Of a DNA stretch of 64,000 nt, positions 12,119 through 26,330 are shown piece after piece. Position 1 is the first letter of the stretch. Every line of letters starts with the position of its first letter. The notes beneath the pieces were generated by a model, which saw only the letters and a list, made by a program, of their open reading frames with translations, was not told where the DNA came from and did not search any database. The position numbers and the translations under genes were made by a program. The stretch comes from Eledone cirrhosa. Lineage: Eukaryota. The stretch covers positions 272,490,001 through 272,554,000 of the forward strand of contig OZ024743.1 in the NCBI GenBank assembly GCA_964016885.1. Direction: 5' to 3'.

Positions 12119-14367
12119 AGATTTTTTATGCATTCACTTTTACGCCTTCATTTAATGAACAACAAAAATTTCGTTTTAGTGAGCATTACGTCATAGAATA
12201 ACTACGTGGGAACAAATATTTAAATTAACATGGCGTTTGGAAATTCTCGTGAAATCCCATTTAAAATAAACATAGAAAATATCATAAAGAAAAAAATAAA
12301 TTATCAGCTATATAATATAGCAATAACTTAAATTTCAATTTTAATATTTCTGCATTTACCTGTGCCAGGACGGTCCGGTGAATAAAAATGATAATGAGAA
12401 ATAACTATACAAGTGGTCATATATGGGTTTGTAGTTGATAAAAGCAAGGATGGGGTCTGGTAGATTGGATATTCTATCACTAGAACTTCGGCGAGCCAGC
12501 AGTAAAGACGATTAATTCTCAATACCTTATTCCACATGGCCCTGAATAGATACTGAAGTGTTTTTGTTGCTTAGAAGTAGGCCAGCCTTGGTCGAGTACA
12601 CCTATGATTAAAGGTGCTTTAAACACGGCCATCCTTAGTAGTGTTCTCATCAGAGATGGTTTATCAATAACCCTGTTCTCTCAGACACAAACAGGGAAAT
12701 ATATTTTTGGGATGTGTCACATGGGTATTTGAATCGATCTAATTAATCAATTGATTTCTGGAAGCATCAAAATGAGAGCACAAATGATTATAACAATCTC
12801 AATACGCGACCAGTACTTTCATTATCTATTTCATACACTAAGATATTTTGTTCACAGTTCTTTTGCTTTGACCATCTATTTCTATCACCTTATTTAATTA
12901 TTGATATATAACTTGTCACCGATTCCCACAGTTTTATATTTACCCTGAGGTATACTATTAAATGTTGGTCTTAGCGGATTTTAAAGTGGAAAGACATAGA
13001 CTAAATTCCGCTCTTTACGAGGTCCTCGCTCGAACACTAATTTTGATTTTTGATTAGAACTATTTCCCATTACTTACGTCATTAAAACCTTTAAAAGAAC
13101 ATTTTATGTCATAATTTGCACTTTACGTTTCCTTAAGTGTCTCACTCCCTTCCTCCCTATGCTGCACTACTCCATAATATTTGTTTTGCCTTGCAGCATT
13201 CTTTTTCTTTCAATATATAATGACTATTTCTGGCAATATATAACGATGCTGTCTATCCTTTTCCTTTTTGGTTTTATCTCTTATAACTTCTTATTCATCT
13301 ATATAACTCTCTATATATGCTAATATGCTTTATCTCGCTCCCTCCCTCTGGTACCATTCTACTCACGTCTGTTTCTTTAATATTACCACTCACACGAATC
13401 ACAATATAATGTATTTTACTTCACATTTCTCAGTATGTAACTAATTATTTAGACCCATTGTTTATACCCATCTCCTTCACACAGGCACACATATATACTG
13501 GCAGACAATAACAAACACATGAATACAGGCAGATATATTAAGAAACACACGTTAACATCCACTCACCTTAAATTACATTGCAGATTCTTCTAGTATTCAA
13601 GAAGAATTAGAAATGACACTAAAAGCTCCACCAGTATTATCATCCTCCACGATGTCTATCATCATTACCATCTTCAGATGCACAAAACCCCAAAGTACCA
13701 TATCAAATCTACTAAAATATTGTTCTACAATAATTATGCTTTTAAGTTCAAAATTTTACCTTATTTTGTTAAGCAACAATAACTTTTGATATAGAAATTT
13801 AAATTTAAATGACAAATACATAGGCGAAATAAAAGCGATATAAATCCTAAAAGACATTAAATATACATTTGAAATATTTTCGGTAGAATTTAAAAAAATG
13901 TTTTTTCTTATTTCTTTTTCTAAACAATGAAAATAATTGTTAATATTTTTGTGCAAGCGTCGAACATTTCATGTCATGATATATATTATAAACTTACTGC
14001 AGATGCTACTGTAGGCGAACGCACACATAAACACATAAATGTCGAGACACAAAGTGAGTCCTAATAAGGCCGCCCGACCTACTACAGAGAGAAGCGACAT
14101 TCCTATAAATCATGACATACTCTCTTGAACTAGAACGTTAGGAAATCGTAGGCTGATTCGATAAGACTCCATTTGGAGCTAAAAAAAAAAAAAATAAATA
14201 CACCACGCACTCATGCGTATTCTAGAATGTTTAGCCTCATGCAGAAGGCCTACACATACAAAATAAAATACTCGGTTCTTCAATACACACACATACAAAC
14301 ACACACTCACATATATATTTATGTGCATGTGTGTACGTGTGTATATATATATATATATATATAATAT

Positions 14368-14543
14368 AATCGTTTCTGCTTTTTGGCACAAGGCCAGCAA
14401 TTAACCAGTGCATTACTGGTACTTTATTTTATCGACCCCGTAAGGATGAAAGGCAAAGTTAACCTTGGCGGGATTTGAACTCAGAATGGCAAGGGCCGTA
14501 ACTCTATGCGTCATGGCGTTCGACCCTCTACCGATACTGCCAA
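14368..14543 (-). mobile_element. Main SINE family copy
   Basis: Near-perfect reverse complement of 18042-18228. Confidence 0.92.
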
Positions 14544-15605
14544 TAATATAATATATAGAAATAAACACAGAAAAATGTGTTTTTAGAGTTACAAGGGCTG
14601 AAAAACCACTTTGGTACGATGTATATAATCTATGAAACAAACGGAAAATATATAATAACCGGAAAAAGTTGATTTAAAATGTACTAACTGTTTCAATAAC
14701 TATTGAAATCCTGTACAAACTCCAGATATAGTTTGTTTCGCCGTAAAATGTGTGTCTGTAACAGATAATCCTATGACTTCTCAGTAAGAGTTAGAATTAT
14801 ATGCAACAGTACACCTAGAGATAATTTAGGTAACTAAATGTCACACGAGGTTTGTATATTGAGGGAAGATAAAACCTCGTGCGACAGGCAGTACATAATG
14901 GCATGAGTGGATTGTAAAACGGCTAGAAATGGCAGCCTAAATCCACTCAACTTCTAAGCTCGATAAACAAGGAGCCGAATTCAAATAAAAAGCAGAGTTA
15001 AATACTCTTATTAATACTATGCAATTAATAAGCTCAAAGTATAAAATAACAGGAAATAACAGGAAAAAGGTGAATTATAATGTACTGAAGATATATATGT
15101 ATGTGTTCATATTTATATATATATGGGGAAGGGGGAGGATACGTGTACTAGCAGTAGCACTAAAATAGCGTGGTTCATAATAATGATGTATATGAAATGA
15201 TGTAAGATATGTTTAAGTACAATAAATATGTTTATCATGGCACAGATATCGTAGTAATCGTGCGAGATCACGAGACCCTGGCGTTTCATCGGTGATGTTC
15301 AATCACACGGTATTGAAACAAGAATAAGCTATAGCTCATATAAAGTTTTCGCATAAAATAATTTAGCTGAGAGCAATATCTACGTTTTTGTAGACAAATA
15401 TCCGCCACAGCACCAATAAGGTATTCTGTGGTCTTTTCTTGAAAGATCTCAGAATCTAACCGGCCAGTCATCTGCACTTTCCCTCAATTTTGGAGCTATA
15501 TAAATGAAATAACGCATCATTCACTATGTCAGTTTCCAAAGCACGTACTGATTTTGGGCTCAGAAATTTGTCCCTCCTGGTCGAGAATGACTTTATTATA
15601 TATAT

Positions 15606-15698
<93 letters not shown>

Positions 15699-15789
15699 AG
15701 TGTGTGTGTGTTAAAGGTAAACAGAAATAACAACACAATCGGTACAGTATATGGAAGGGATATATTAGGTTAACGCTTGATATAGCAGG

Positions 15790-16053
15790 ATATAGTGTTT
15801 CGGACGCTAGTCCTTCATGAGAAAAAAGAATGAGAAATAAGATAGATTGAGGGGACGGGCAGGTTTGAATTGGAAAAGATGTCTTTAGATAAAAATAACA
15901 GGTCCATTCATGTTGACATCTCTTGCAAAACTGTTGATGTATGATTTGTGTATGATTTATTTTTTAGAAAAATGGATGATGGAGCGCGTCTACCTGAAAT
16001 GGAAAAAAAAAACGTTTTGTAAAAAAAGAGGTATACTTGTGCATGTGCGTAAG

Positions 16054-16118
<65 letters not shown>

Positions 16119-17035
16119 ATACGTCCGTACGAAGCTAAGAAATGTGTGTGTATATGTGAGTAAAAGAGTGTGTGTGCATGTAAGTACGAAGCTATGTTAA
16201 TATAAGGGTGTGTATGTGTGTATACAGAGCAGTAAAGGGAAAAGTGGAGTGAGCATATATAGTAGGCCTGTATTAGGTGTAAGAGAAGATGTTAATGATC
16301 AAGAGAAAGCGATAGAAATCTAGGAGTGTGATAATGGACGAGGTATTAGAGAAATTGGGGAGTTGAGTTAAGTCCAAGAGGGGAATAGGACCCAAGGCGG
16401 TGAATCAGACTTTGTTCAGTCTTGTGCGCGAGGCCTGTGATTCATGATTCAGACCCAGGACTGAAACATGTAGGGAAGAATGACCAGAAGAACAGAAATG
16501 AGGGGCAACAGGAGTATCCAAACCGAGTCGTATATCCCTCGAATGCTCAGCAAAACGGTCCGCCGTACGGCAACGTGAACACCGGAGGGCATAGACAACG
16601 TTGATGGATGTGCAGATGAAAGAGTGGCGGATACGGAAAGACCCGTTAGGGCCTGTAGGAGTGGGAGGGTGGAAATGAAGGGACAAGTGTTGCATCGGGA
16701 ACGGGAACAAGGATGAAAGCCGGGTGGAGTCATGGGAGAGGACGAGAAGGAACTGCGAACCAGGAGGTCGCGAAGGTTGCGGGCGCGCTTAAAAGCAGTA
16801 ATGGGTGGGTTTGGAAAAAAGCGAGAAGTGACGGGGGTCAGAAGAGAGGATACGGTAGGAACGGAGGATATATCACCGGAGTGGTAGGGTCATAGGGTGG
16901 TAGGTGAGAGGGAAAGAAACGCGGGTGTTGGGAGGGCGGGGGTGAGGTGAGAGGGCTGTGGTGTGGTCTGTTTCACGGGCGCGGGTGAGAGCAGCTTCGA
17001 TCAGGGTGGGGGGATATTCACGCTGGATGAAGCAG
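15790..17035 (-). mobile_element. Penelope-like element 3' remnant (GIY-YIG region) with relic hammerhead at 15790-15821
   Basis: REYPPTLIEAALTRA..LTYHP, PCSRSRCNTCP, FICTSINVVYALRCSRC, RFAEH..PVAPHF..H across frameshifts; relic CTCATGA-aGGAC tagc GTCC-GAAA. Confidence 0.8.
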
Positions 17036-18041
17036 ATATTTGTGTGTGTGTCTGAATGTGCGTGCGTGTGTGAATATCTACAAATGTGTGTTTGTATGGA
17101 TAAATTTAGCATGCATGTGTTGTGCTTCTATTGTGCTATCAGTGATGTAATCCAGTAAAAAGAAATCATATTATAAGTGGTTGATGAATACCTCTTTCAT
17201 ACTATTAACACCATTAGCATTTGATAATCTCACGATATTTCTAGACGAACTTCGAATATGTATGGGCGTACCATGAATTCCTATGCATCGGATATTGCAG
17301 CTAACATAGCATTATTTCTCGAAAGCTTATCGCAAGAAAATGTGAGATTAAACTCATCAAATTTTAATCTAAATTCATCGTTGTAGAATTAAATGTCAAC
17401 AGATTTTGTGATATTCAACTTGTTATTTCCATTGTGGCCTAAGTCACAAGATGACATGCTAGAAAAGTCTTAATTGATTCCCAGTTGGATTTGACTTAAC
17501 TATTGTCCCCAAAACAAAGCGGGGAAATATTGTATAATCCTATGTGACTGCACAACACATCAAACCATAACTCAACACATCTTTAAACTCCATTCTTCGG
17601 TATCTACTCATACATAATATTGAATGTCACCTTAAGAAACAACACAAAACGCTGGCTAGTTAATTAGATGTAAGGCCAGTAGGCCTATGGAATGTACAAA
17701 TACAAAGCCTCTTATTAGCAAAACTATAGAATATCAAATACAAGCAGCCACCACCACCACAAGAAAAATGTGCATAAAACAAGAAGTGAAAAATAATAAG
17801 AATTATATCAACAACTCAGTAATATTTACAACAAACAGGTGGTATAGAACAGAAAGCAAAATGATACAAACATAGTTAGAACAAAAAGAGCTATCCCTTT
17901 TGGCTAGTAGAAACAAAAATCGATAGTGTACAAACGAAATATTTGATCCATCATGGAATATAGCAGTGCTGCCTTGTTTCAATTTTTTTCACATAAAACC
18001 ACAATAAAAGGACATAAAACACTACATTAAGCATTATATGA

Positions 18042-18228
18042 GGGCGGTGGATTGGCAGTATCGGTAGAGGGTCGAACGCCATGCTTTGACGCATAGAGTT
18101 ACGGCCCTTGCCATTCTGAGTTCAAATCCCGCCAAGGTTAACTTTGCCTTTCATCCTTACGGGGTCGATAAAATAAAATACCAGTAATGCACTGGATAAT
18201 TGCTGGCTTTGTGCCTAACGTAGAAACA
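18042..18228 (+). mobile_element. Main SINE family, full length with ATTATATGAG target-site duplication
   Basis: GGCGGTGGATTGGCAG...GTAGAAACA flanked by ATTATATGAG on both sides. Confidence 0.93.
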
Positions 18229-20148
18229 ATTATATGAGTACACTCACGGACTAACTACCTAGCGAAATGTAATACTAAAAATCTAAGAAGGGCACATTTT
18301 GTGGCCGCAGATTGCCTCACCTCCAACAGTCCCCTTATTTCACGAAAAGTCATCTCCAAGAATCCAGGCATATATACAACGAATTTGACTAACACTACAC
18401 CATGCTAAAACGCAATCGCTTTCAAACAGCCCGGGCAAGGATAAAGAATACTCAGACATAAGCATAAAGAACACATAGACACAAGACGGGCACAAAAATA
18501 ACTATAACATAAATAGCATCGCTGGTCTCTAACTCTATTCCGGTTTGCACACCACCATCAATATGTACAGAGCAGCAGCAACTGTCACGCGCATGTCTAG
18601 TCTACCTGACTCTACTCTGAACTCCATTAATATTTCTTTTACCATTTAGACAGGGCAGGAAAGTCTACGTACATGAAAGTTTTCAGCATCTCTATGACTA
18701 GACACTGGAAAGTACACAATGTGTCCAAAGTCTTACGCTACACCACATACGATCAGCAATGCATGTAGGAGTGATTATTGTGGTCCTCCACTTGACCGAA
18801 GCAGGGTATAACTGATAAAAATGACAAGTGAATGAGGCGTCATCGTGCCGATGTTATTCTACATGCCATATAACTGCTCAATTAGGGCTGACAGGGAGCA
18901 ACATACAATAATAACAAGGACTGATTCTGAACAACAACAACGAATTCAATAATAACAAGGACTGACTCATCGCCTCATAGATAAAGATGCCAAAACACAT
19001 TTGCACCAACCAACCTGGTTGAAAGGGAAGTATTAACGGATTATCTCTATAAAGTGTTCTAGTGCATTAAATGATGGATTCATCATGTAGCGCCTCACTG
19101 TTTACGGTTTTCACAGCAGAATTTTACCCACAGCAAGGAAGAGAATATAAACAGACTATACAGTGAAAGGCCGAAGCAGTTAGAATCGATGAATATTGCT
19201 GTTGTTATGGTGAAGAAGTTATTATCGTAACCAGATAGCTTTGAATCCAATAGCACAACACGATATCTACGGAAATTGTTTACTATAGGGGAAGTTTGTG
19301 GTATATAAACGGAAATGTGTATGCGAATGCGTGTGTATATGTGTGTGACGTTCGCTTATATATATAGTAATGGGAAAGCAAAACAAGAAAGATATTGGGC
19401 CTTTATGAATGAACATCCATGTGGTATTTATTCTACGTTAATTATAAGCGCTCTTGTCACTCACGCTGTGAGAATTACAATGAAACAGCGATTGGTCTGT
19501 TGGAAACCTGTAAACAACGATGTATGTTTCACAAATTGCGATATAAAATAAATGAATAAACAAGTATTGTTTTACTATATTTATCACAAATGTGACGACA
19601 GCGATGACTAATGTCAACGATGTCAATGACTTACCATCCCAAACATCGATATTTTAGTAATTTTAGTGCTTCATTGTCGATGATATTTCCGTTGAACGTA
19701 TTAATTTTCTCGCTAAACTGTTTCCATTTCAATTGGATTATGGGATTGATATTCAAGCGTGACTTGTTTCATACTCAAAATGGTTGCCTCAAGTTGTGAC
19801 CGTATAATCAGCATAACTGTCTTTAATCATAGCGTTTGTCAAGAAAGAGGACGAGAAAAATAGAATGTATCGTATCGGTAAGCATTCTAAGATGAACTTT
19901 GAATCAACAGTACTAAGGTAGAAATATCAATTGTAAAAAGGTCAAGATGCAGGAGAGAATGTCACCAAACACACAGAGTGTTTATTAGACCAAAGGGGAA
20001 AATTATTCAAATATCTATAACGGGTGGTAAACATTTCACATGGCTATCAGGAACATTTCGGAAAGTATTTGAATGACGTCATTAATATATTTGTGTATAA
20101 CGTTGAAATCTATACTGTAATACCAATGAAAATATGATTTTTATTTAT

Positions 20149-20333
20149 CGGTGGATTGGCAGTATCGGTAGAGAGTCGGACAACATTCTTTGCAGCATAG
20201 TTACGGTCCTTTATGATCTGAGTTCAAATCCCGCCGAGGTTAACTTTACCTTTCATCCTTACGGGGTCGATAAAATAAAGTACCAGTAATGCACTGGGTA
20301 ATTGCTGGTCTTGTGCCAAAAGTAGAAATAATT
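20149..20333 (+). mobile_element. Main SINE family copy
   Basis: Same A box, B box, core and tail. Confidence 0.92.
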
Positions 20334-20454
20334 ATTTATTTATAGGGTTATTGTGCAGTTTTCTACATTTGAATATTTTCTAAAGGGGATAATATATTGT
20401 TAAGCAAAACGACTTTGTAGATTTTTTTTATTATATGATATAACTGTTAAGTAG

Positions 20455-20639
20455 TTCACTTCGTAGCGACGTGGCTCTCGATCTAATACTGTTGCTTGGC
20501 TTTTGGGCAAGTGTCTTCTACTCTGGCTTCTGGTTGACGTATGCCTTGTGAGTAGGATTCGGTAGAAAACGCTCGTCGCATATGTGAGTATGTGTGTAGT
20601 GTGTGTGTGTAGTGTGTGTAGTGTGTGTAGTGTGTGTGT

Positions 20640-20675
<36 letters not shown>

Positions 20676-20870
20676 CGTCCCCGACCGTGCTTATGTGTAC
20701 AATTGTGTCAGTGTTTATGACAGTAAATTGGCAGGATGACAAATAGAGATCAATAAATGTGATGTGGTCGATGTGAGAAAACATATGAAATAGATAATTT
20801 TAAAAATACTTCAAGGCGATACCACAGCATGGCCGCAATTTAAAGATGGAAATCAATAAAAGAATAAAAT
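20455..20870 (+). mobile_element. Second SINE family with internal (TG)n; degenerate minus copies at about 1-135 and 30700-30795
   Basis: TTGGGCAAGTGTCTTCTAC...GCCTTGTGAGTAGGATTCGGTAG, internal microsatellite, tail CAGCATGGCCGCA...AATAAAAGAATAAAA. Confidence 0.6.
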
Positions 20871-21477
20871 AATATATCGGAGAGGGGAATTTAGTGGGCC
20901 TAAACATATATATGCTTCCGTATATAATAGCGTAAGATTAAAAAAATTGGGTGTTAAATAATCCTGCTCGAGTTATGTCCCTTTGCCATAACGTCGACTT
21001 ACTTCTTATCACATAGGTGAACGATAAAATTAGTAACCCTCCAAAACACATAAGACGATAAAATCGATGCCCTAGCACGGCCGCGGCCAAAATGGAGAAT
21101 CAAGAACGTTAGAGAGCTGAATAAATTAATGTCCTGTAGTACATAGTTACGTTCTTTTATTCAGTGTGTTCCATAGTATCCATGATCAATTTTGCCTTTT
21201 GCTTCCACCAGAATCGATATAATAACTACATGTCGCGTCCTGTTCCAGGTTCAATTGATTATGTCTTTTTCCTAAATATTTGTGATATTATAGCAATGTA
21301 ATAAATCATATTTAATGATAAAAGCTACACTGTTATTCTCCATTGAAGACCATTCGTTATTTAAAGTACTCCAAAGTAAACAACTAGAGCAGAATAAACA
21401 TTTTACTTATATATACGTTTGCAAAGTACTGCATACATGTGAGATATACCCGCTATACATACATTATATATATATAT

Positions 21478-23578
21478 ATATTGTTATACTTTGGGAGGGT
21501 CATGTTGCCAATAAGAAACACATGCACCCGATGCTTTCACTCCAATTTATTATAAATTAAAAAAAAAAAAAAAAAATTTATAAATTTCCGGTTGCTTGGT
21601 TGGTTCCACAACCAGACGGTTGTTCATATATTGTCAAAGTTCTTTCGTCACACATTCTGTGACCTCTTCAGTGACTTGGGATTCTTTTCTTTGTTTTGTG
21701 CCTCTCCTTTGTTCTGTCCTACGCCATCCTGTTTGTGTGTGTGTTGTGGGCTTAGTTTGCGCATGTGTTACATCCGGGTGTCTGTGTGTGTTTTTATTTG
21801 TTTATTTATTTGTTTATTTAGATGTTACTGGTTGGTTGTTTGTTCTATGTGTGTGTGTGTTTTCATTTTGTCCTTAATTGTAAGTTGTGATGTTGTTGTT
21901 CCACTCATGTTTTCTATTTAATTTTGGTTGGAGTTCATTTATGTTTATTGCCTCTGTGATTTGTCTAAACATTGCGTCTTTTTTGTGTGTAGATTTTATT
22001 TTTATTTCTATGTTCTCTAATTTGCCCTTATGTTCTATTTTAGCATGTTGGTGGAGTACTGATGATTCTTTTCTATCTTGAAGGTCTCGTCAGTGTTCAT
22101 TTAACCGTTCTCCTATTCTATGAGCTGTCTCACCTATGTACACTATATTCTTATCTTTACATTGTCCTTCAGTACATCTTATGCTATATACTACGTTTCT
22201 AGTTTTACAGTTAATATGGAGGCTTAGTTTGCAGATTATGCATTTCTTATCTATACAGGGAGGTCCTTGAAAAGGGTATGTATTACTAATAAGTGTTTTT
22301 ACGGAGGTACCTGGTCTTTCTACTATCTTAATATTAAGTTTAAGTTTATCTAGGGCCCTTCTAAATTTGTAAGCTAATTCACCCCTAGGGGTTGTATTGA
22401 TGAACATTACACTCTGGTATTTATTGCTATCATACCATGAGTTTATTCTATTAACCTTATTCCTAGTTCTTTCTATTCTATTCCAAAATTTGCTCCTATA
22501 CAAGGGGCAGGTCCCATTTGTATCATTATTTACCATTTTTTCCCATTTGGTTCTGGCTCCTCTATATACTCTGATTTTATCTCTCTGATTGTAACCAGAG
22601 AACTGCATACGGTGGATGACATGTTGTATGTGTCTCTCTAGTTCTTTGGGGTTGCACATGCGGGACACGTTTTCATCACCCGTACTAAATCCGCAATCAG
22701 TATGTTGATTTTGGTGTGATCCGAAACAGCTGAGTTTCGGTGGATCAGATATTTGGAAGTCATGGGTTTGGCATAATGGGAATGGAGGATTTGTTTTTTG
22801 TTATTAATGGTTTCTAATCAGAGCTCTGTGTCTAGTACAGGTAATCGATGGTTGGGGTGTTTGCTTGGGTAGTCTATAGTAACTCTAATACTCTGGTGGA
22901 TGGAGATAGCTATTTGCTGGATGCTTTCCATGGTGTTTTTTCTCTAATTCCTGACTGTTCTCTAGTGGGGGGTGTTTTTACTACGATGTTTATATCATCA
23001 ACGTAGCGAGAGTACATTATCAGGGTTAAGAGGTTGCTGTCTTCTAATTGTTCTTTAAGTTTATTGTCCCACCATACCCTGAATAGGTTAGCTATGTCAC
23101 CTGAAATGCTAACACCAATGGCTGCTCCCTCCTCTTGGGCATATGTTTTTCCATTAAATTTGAACATATGTTCCTTAAGGGTTAGTTTTATACTGGCCCC
23201 CAGTGCAATCATTTTCTTTAGTTAATCGTGGTTTTCGGGGGTCCGTATGGCTCTGGTCCACCCGTTCCATCTTTCTCTGTGGGTTTTCTTGGCCATTGAG
23301 GTAATGGTAGGTGCCTCTTGCTGGTCTTGTGGGGCAGAGGTTGCTAAGGTCATACGTATTTAGATAATCATTACTATAAGTAAGTTTAAGTAGGAGTCCC
23401 AGCTCACTGGTATCAATCCAACGGAATTCAACATTGCTCTCAACAACCGAAAATTTATAAATATTTTTATTCTTTTTAATTTTTAAAAAGATTTTTTAAT
23501 TTATAATAAATTGGAGTGAAAGCAACTGGTGCGTGTGTTTCTTATTGGCAACATGACCCTCACAAATTATAACAATAT
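21478..23578 (-). mobile_element. Penelope-like retroelement, 5'-truncated pseudogene (RT plus GIY-YIG) with an inverted copy of its 3' tail
   Basis: RT: FKFNGKTYAQEEGAAIG, YSRYVDDI; EN: NVVYSIRC..VYIGET..GERLNEH; inverted arms 21478-21594 / 23442-23578; (TA)n at the 3' end. Confidence 0.92.
21633..21675 (-). ncRNA. Minimal type-I hammerhead ribozyme in the PLE 3' region
   Basis: Minus strand: GTCA-CTGAAGA-g-GTCACA gaatg TGTGAC-GAAA-GaaC-TT-TGAC. Confidence 0.75.
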
Positions 23579-23787
23579 CGGTTTCAACACACGTTTTCAG
23601 ATAAAGAATCTTGCTAAACAAATTCAGAAAAGAAATATATATATATATAAGCAAAAGGGATATTCAATTTGTTGGTAATTCAACAAATATAAATGTTTAT
23701 AACTGATTCAGAGCACTCGACAAGTTTTCTGGAGTATAATATTCAATGATATTAAATAAATGGAAACTATATTTATAAAACCATATT

Positions 23788-23848
23788 TATTCTATTATAT
23801 ATATTTCAAGGGTACCAAAACTTTGGTACGCTTTCATCAGATAAAATA
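23788..23848 (-). ncRNA. Minimal type-I hammerhead ribozyme (inverted copy)
   Basis: Minus strand: TATTTTAT-CTGATGA-AAGCGTACCAA agtt TTGGTACCCTT-GAAA-TATATA-TA-ATAGAATA. Confidence 0.8.
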
Positions 23849-25102
23849 CAAAGTTTGTTTTATAAATTTTGACATAACCAAGAAAAAGATACCTTACCGA
23901 TTCACGTTTTCCTTGGATAGTGAAGGGATAAAAGAGGAAAAGTCAGATATTTTTAAGATGAGTATGCAAATGAGGTTGAGGTATAGGTCTGAAAAGAACG
24001 TTATTTTAGACGCTATGTAGAATTTAAATAATTAGGATATAATCTTTAATTGACATTCTGAAAATTTATCCTCTTTACGATAGTTCTTCGAAATGCACAT
24101 TACGTTTTTCCTCTCCTTTTGATCTTCAAACTTTCACACATCTTTCGACTAAAATAGTTAATTTCACACGAGATAATATATAATTGTTTCTATATAAACG
24201 GAAAAAATGAAACGAAATTTCATTTCTCACTCTTAGGACGGCTATGTGTGTACGTATACATACTTATATTTCTCTATATATTTTCTGAGTAAATCATTCA
24301 TCAAATTTAACGGTTAACAAACAAGATTGGAGTTATCTCTCCATGTTCAATCGTGCAAACATAAACATTATAATATAATATGTACGATAAACTATATAAC
24401 TTCGCTAAATTAACAACATTCTGAAAACATTTTCAATGTTAGAACAAAATATTCGAATCTACCAATTGTTCTCCTCTTACAACTTGAACCACCTGTTGTT
24501 TATGTAAAATGCAAAATTATATTTATGTATGAGTAGGAAGAAGAAAAAAAGGAAGAAGAGCTTGTATTTACGTTAATTTAAAAGGAATTAACAATATGAT
24601 TCCTTCGTAACTCATATTAGAAATGTAAACAACTAATAATTGTAAATTATTTCTATTTCTATAATACACAATTATTAATCTATATAGATATTTATATACT
24701 TATAACCTATTGTAATGTAATAATATATAATATACTTACAACCATAATTCTTCATATAATCTAATGGATTATATATACAATATTATAACTCATAATATAG
24801 CTAAATAAATTTAAATTCTGGAATCATATTGTTAATTCCTTTTAAATTAACGTAAATACAAGCTCTTCTTACTTTTTTTCTTCTTCCTACTCATACATAA
24901 ATATATCCCAATTATTTAAATTCAGCATAGCGTCTAAAATAAAGTTTTTTTTCAGCCCTATACCTCAACCTCATTTGCATACTCATCTTAATAATTTGAA
25001 ATATCTGACTTCTTTTCTCTTATCCCTTCACTATCCAAGGAAAATTTGAACCGTTAAGGTATCCTTTTCTTGGTTATGTCAAAATTTATAAAACAAACTT
25101 TG

Positions 25103-25163
25103 TATTTTATCTGATGAAAGCGTACCAAGGATTTGGTACCCTTGAAATATATATAATAGAATA
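25103..25163 (+). ncRNA. Minimal type-I hammerhead ribozyme
   Basis: TATTTTAT-CTGATGA-AAGCGTACCAA ggat TTGGTACCCTT-GAAA-TATATA-TA-ATAGAATA; palindromic stem III region. Confidence 0.85.
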
Positions 25164-25206
25164 AATATGGTTTTATAAATATAGTTCCCATTTATTTAAT
25201 ATCATA

Positions 25207-25253
<47 letters not shown>

Positions 25254-25262
<9 letters not shown>

Positions 25263-25625
25263 GTACATACACATATGTATACAGACGTACAGTAGTATGC
25301 ATATATATATACATACATGCACACATATATATATATATGCACGTATGGTTTCACCGAACATTTATTATAATGCTCGGTGTGTTTGTAAACAAACATCCCG
25401 TATTAAGCCGGATACGGCTTAATACGGGATGTTTGTTTACAAACACACCGAGCATTATAATAAATGTTCGGTGAAACCATACGTGCATATATATATATGT
25501 GTGCATGTATGTATATATGCATACTACTGTACGTCTGTATACATATGTGTATGTACGTGTACATACTTATATTTAAGTAACAGCCGTACTAAGAGTGGGA
25601 AATGAAATTTCGTTTCATTTTTTCC

Positions 25626-25628
<3 letters not shown>
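25254..25628. repeat. Near-perfect palindrome (arms about 25254-25410 / 25415-25565, 4-nt loop GATA) made of the ribozyme-tail family, between two (TA)n tracts
   Basis: ...CATCCCGTATTAAGCCG gata CGGCTTAATACGGGATG...; sequence homologous to 36728-36945. Confidence 0.95.
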
Positions 25629-25666
<38 letters not shown>

Positions 25667-26330
25667 TATGTTCAAGTAAGAAATATTTCCCTCATAAAGT
25701 TTCAATCTAGTCATCAATCGACCAATAACGTTGCGGCTACTTTCGGACTGACAAGCTACCAAACTTAGCACGGTTATCTTTGTATCGATCGGAGCTGTAC
25801 TTGACGATGTTGACACACGCATTGGCTTTTTCTTGTGTCTTAGTATCCGTGTGTGAGCCACATAAATGTCGGTACACAAATTTGGATTGCCCTGCTCTTT
25901 TGCCTTCACACTATGGAGTATTTTCGTCACCACACTACGCTGGAAGACGTCGTTACATGCAGCCTTAGCGCTTATGATTGGCCGTCACCACTACTAGTGG
26001 GATTCTGGATACTATTAATGGGAACTTGAATAAATAAATATAAAGATATCAATATGAAATGATGCAATATATTGATTGATAATTTAACGCATACAATCAC
26101 ATAGAAACAAGCAATCGCCCGAACGCATACGCACATACATACACGCTGCCTCACATATATAATAATTAAGTATATATTTCTGTTTTAACATATTTTGATC
26201 AGATTCTAGGTTACCAGATTTTACTTCTATATATTTTTGAGGGTGTTGATGCAATCGAAGGTTGATATTTCAATCAAAGATGAACCCGTTTTGTAACAAT
26301 TTGCTGTACAAATAAAAACAGCGATATATT

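Larger units (their letters stand above)
23746..25205. repeat. Inverted duplication (about 385-bp arms) with a 480-bp insertion in the left arm; hammerhead in both arms
   Basis: 23746-24040 pairs with 24903-25205 and 24519-24603 pairs with 24819-24905; the right arm is followed by (TA)n. Confidence 0.92.

Noticed and set aside
22090-22092. In-frame TGA in the PLE endonuclease as possible selenocysteine
   Set aside because: Not at a Cys-type position and the element has other frameshifts; a nonsense mutation is simpler
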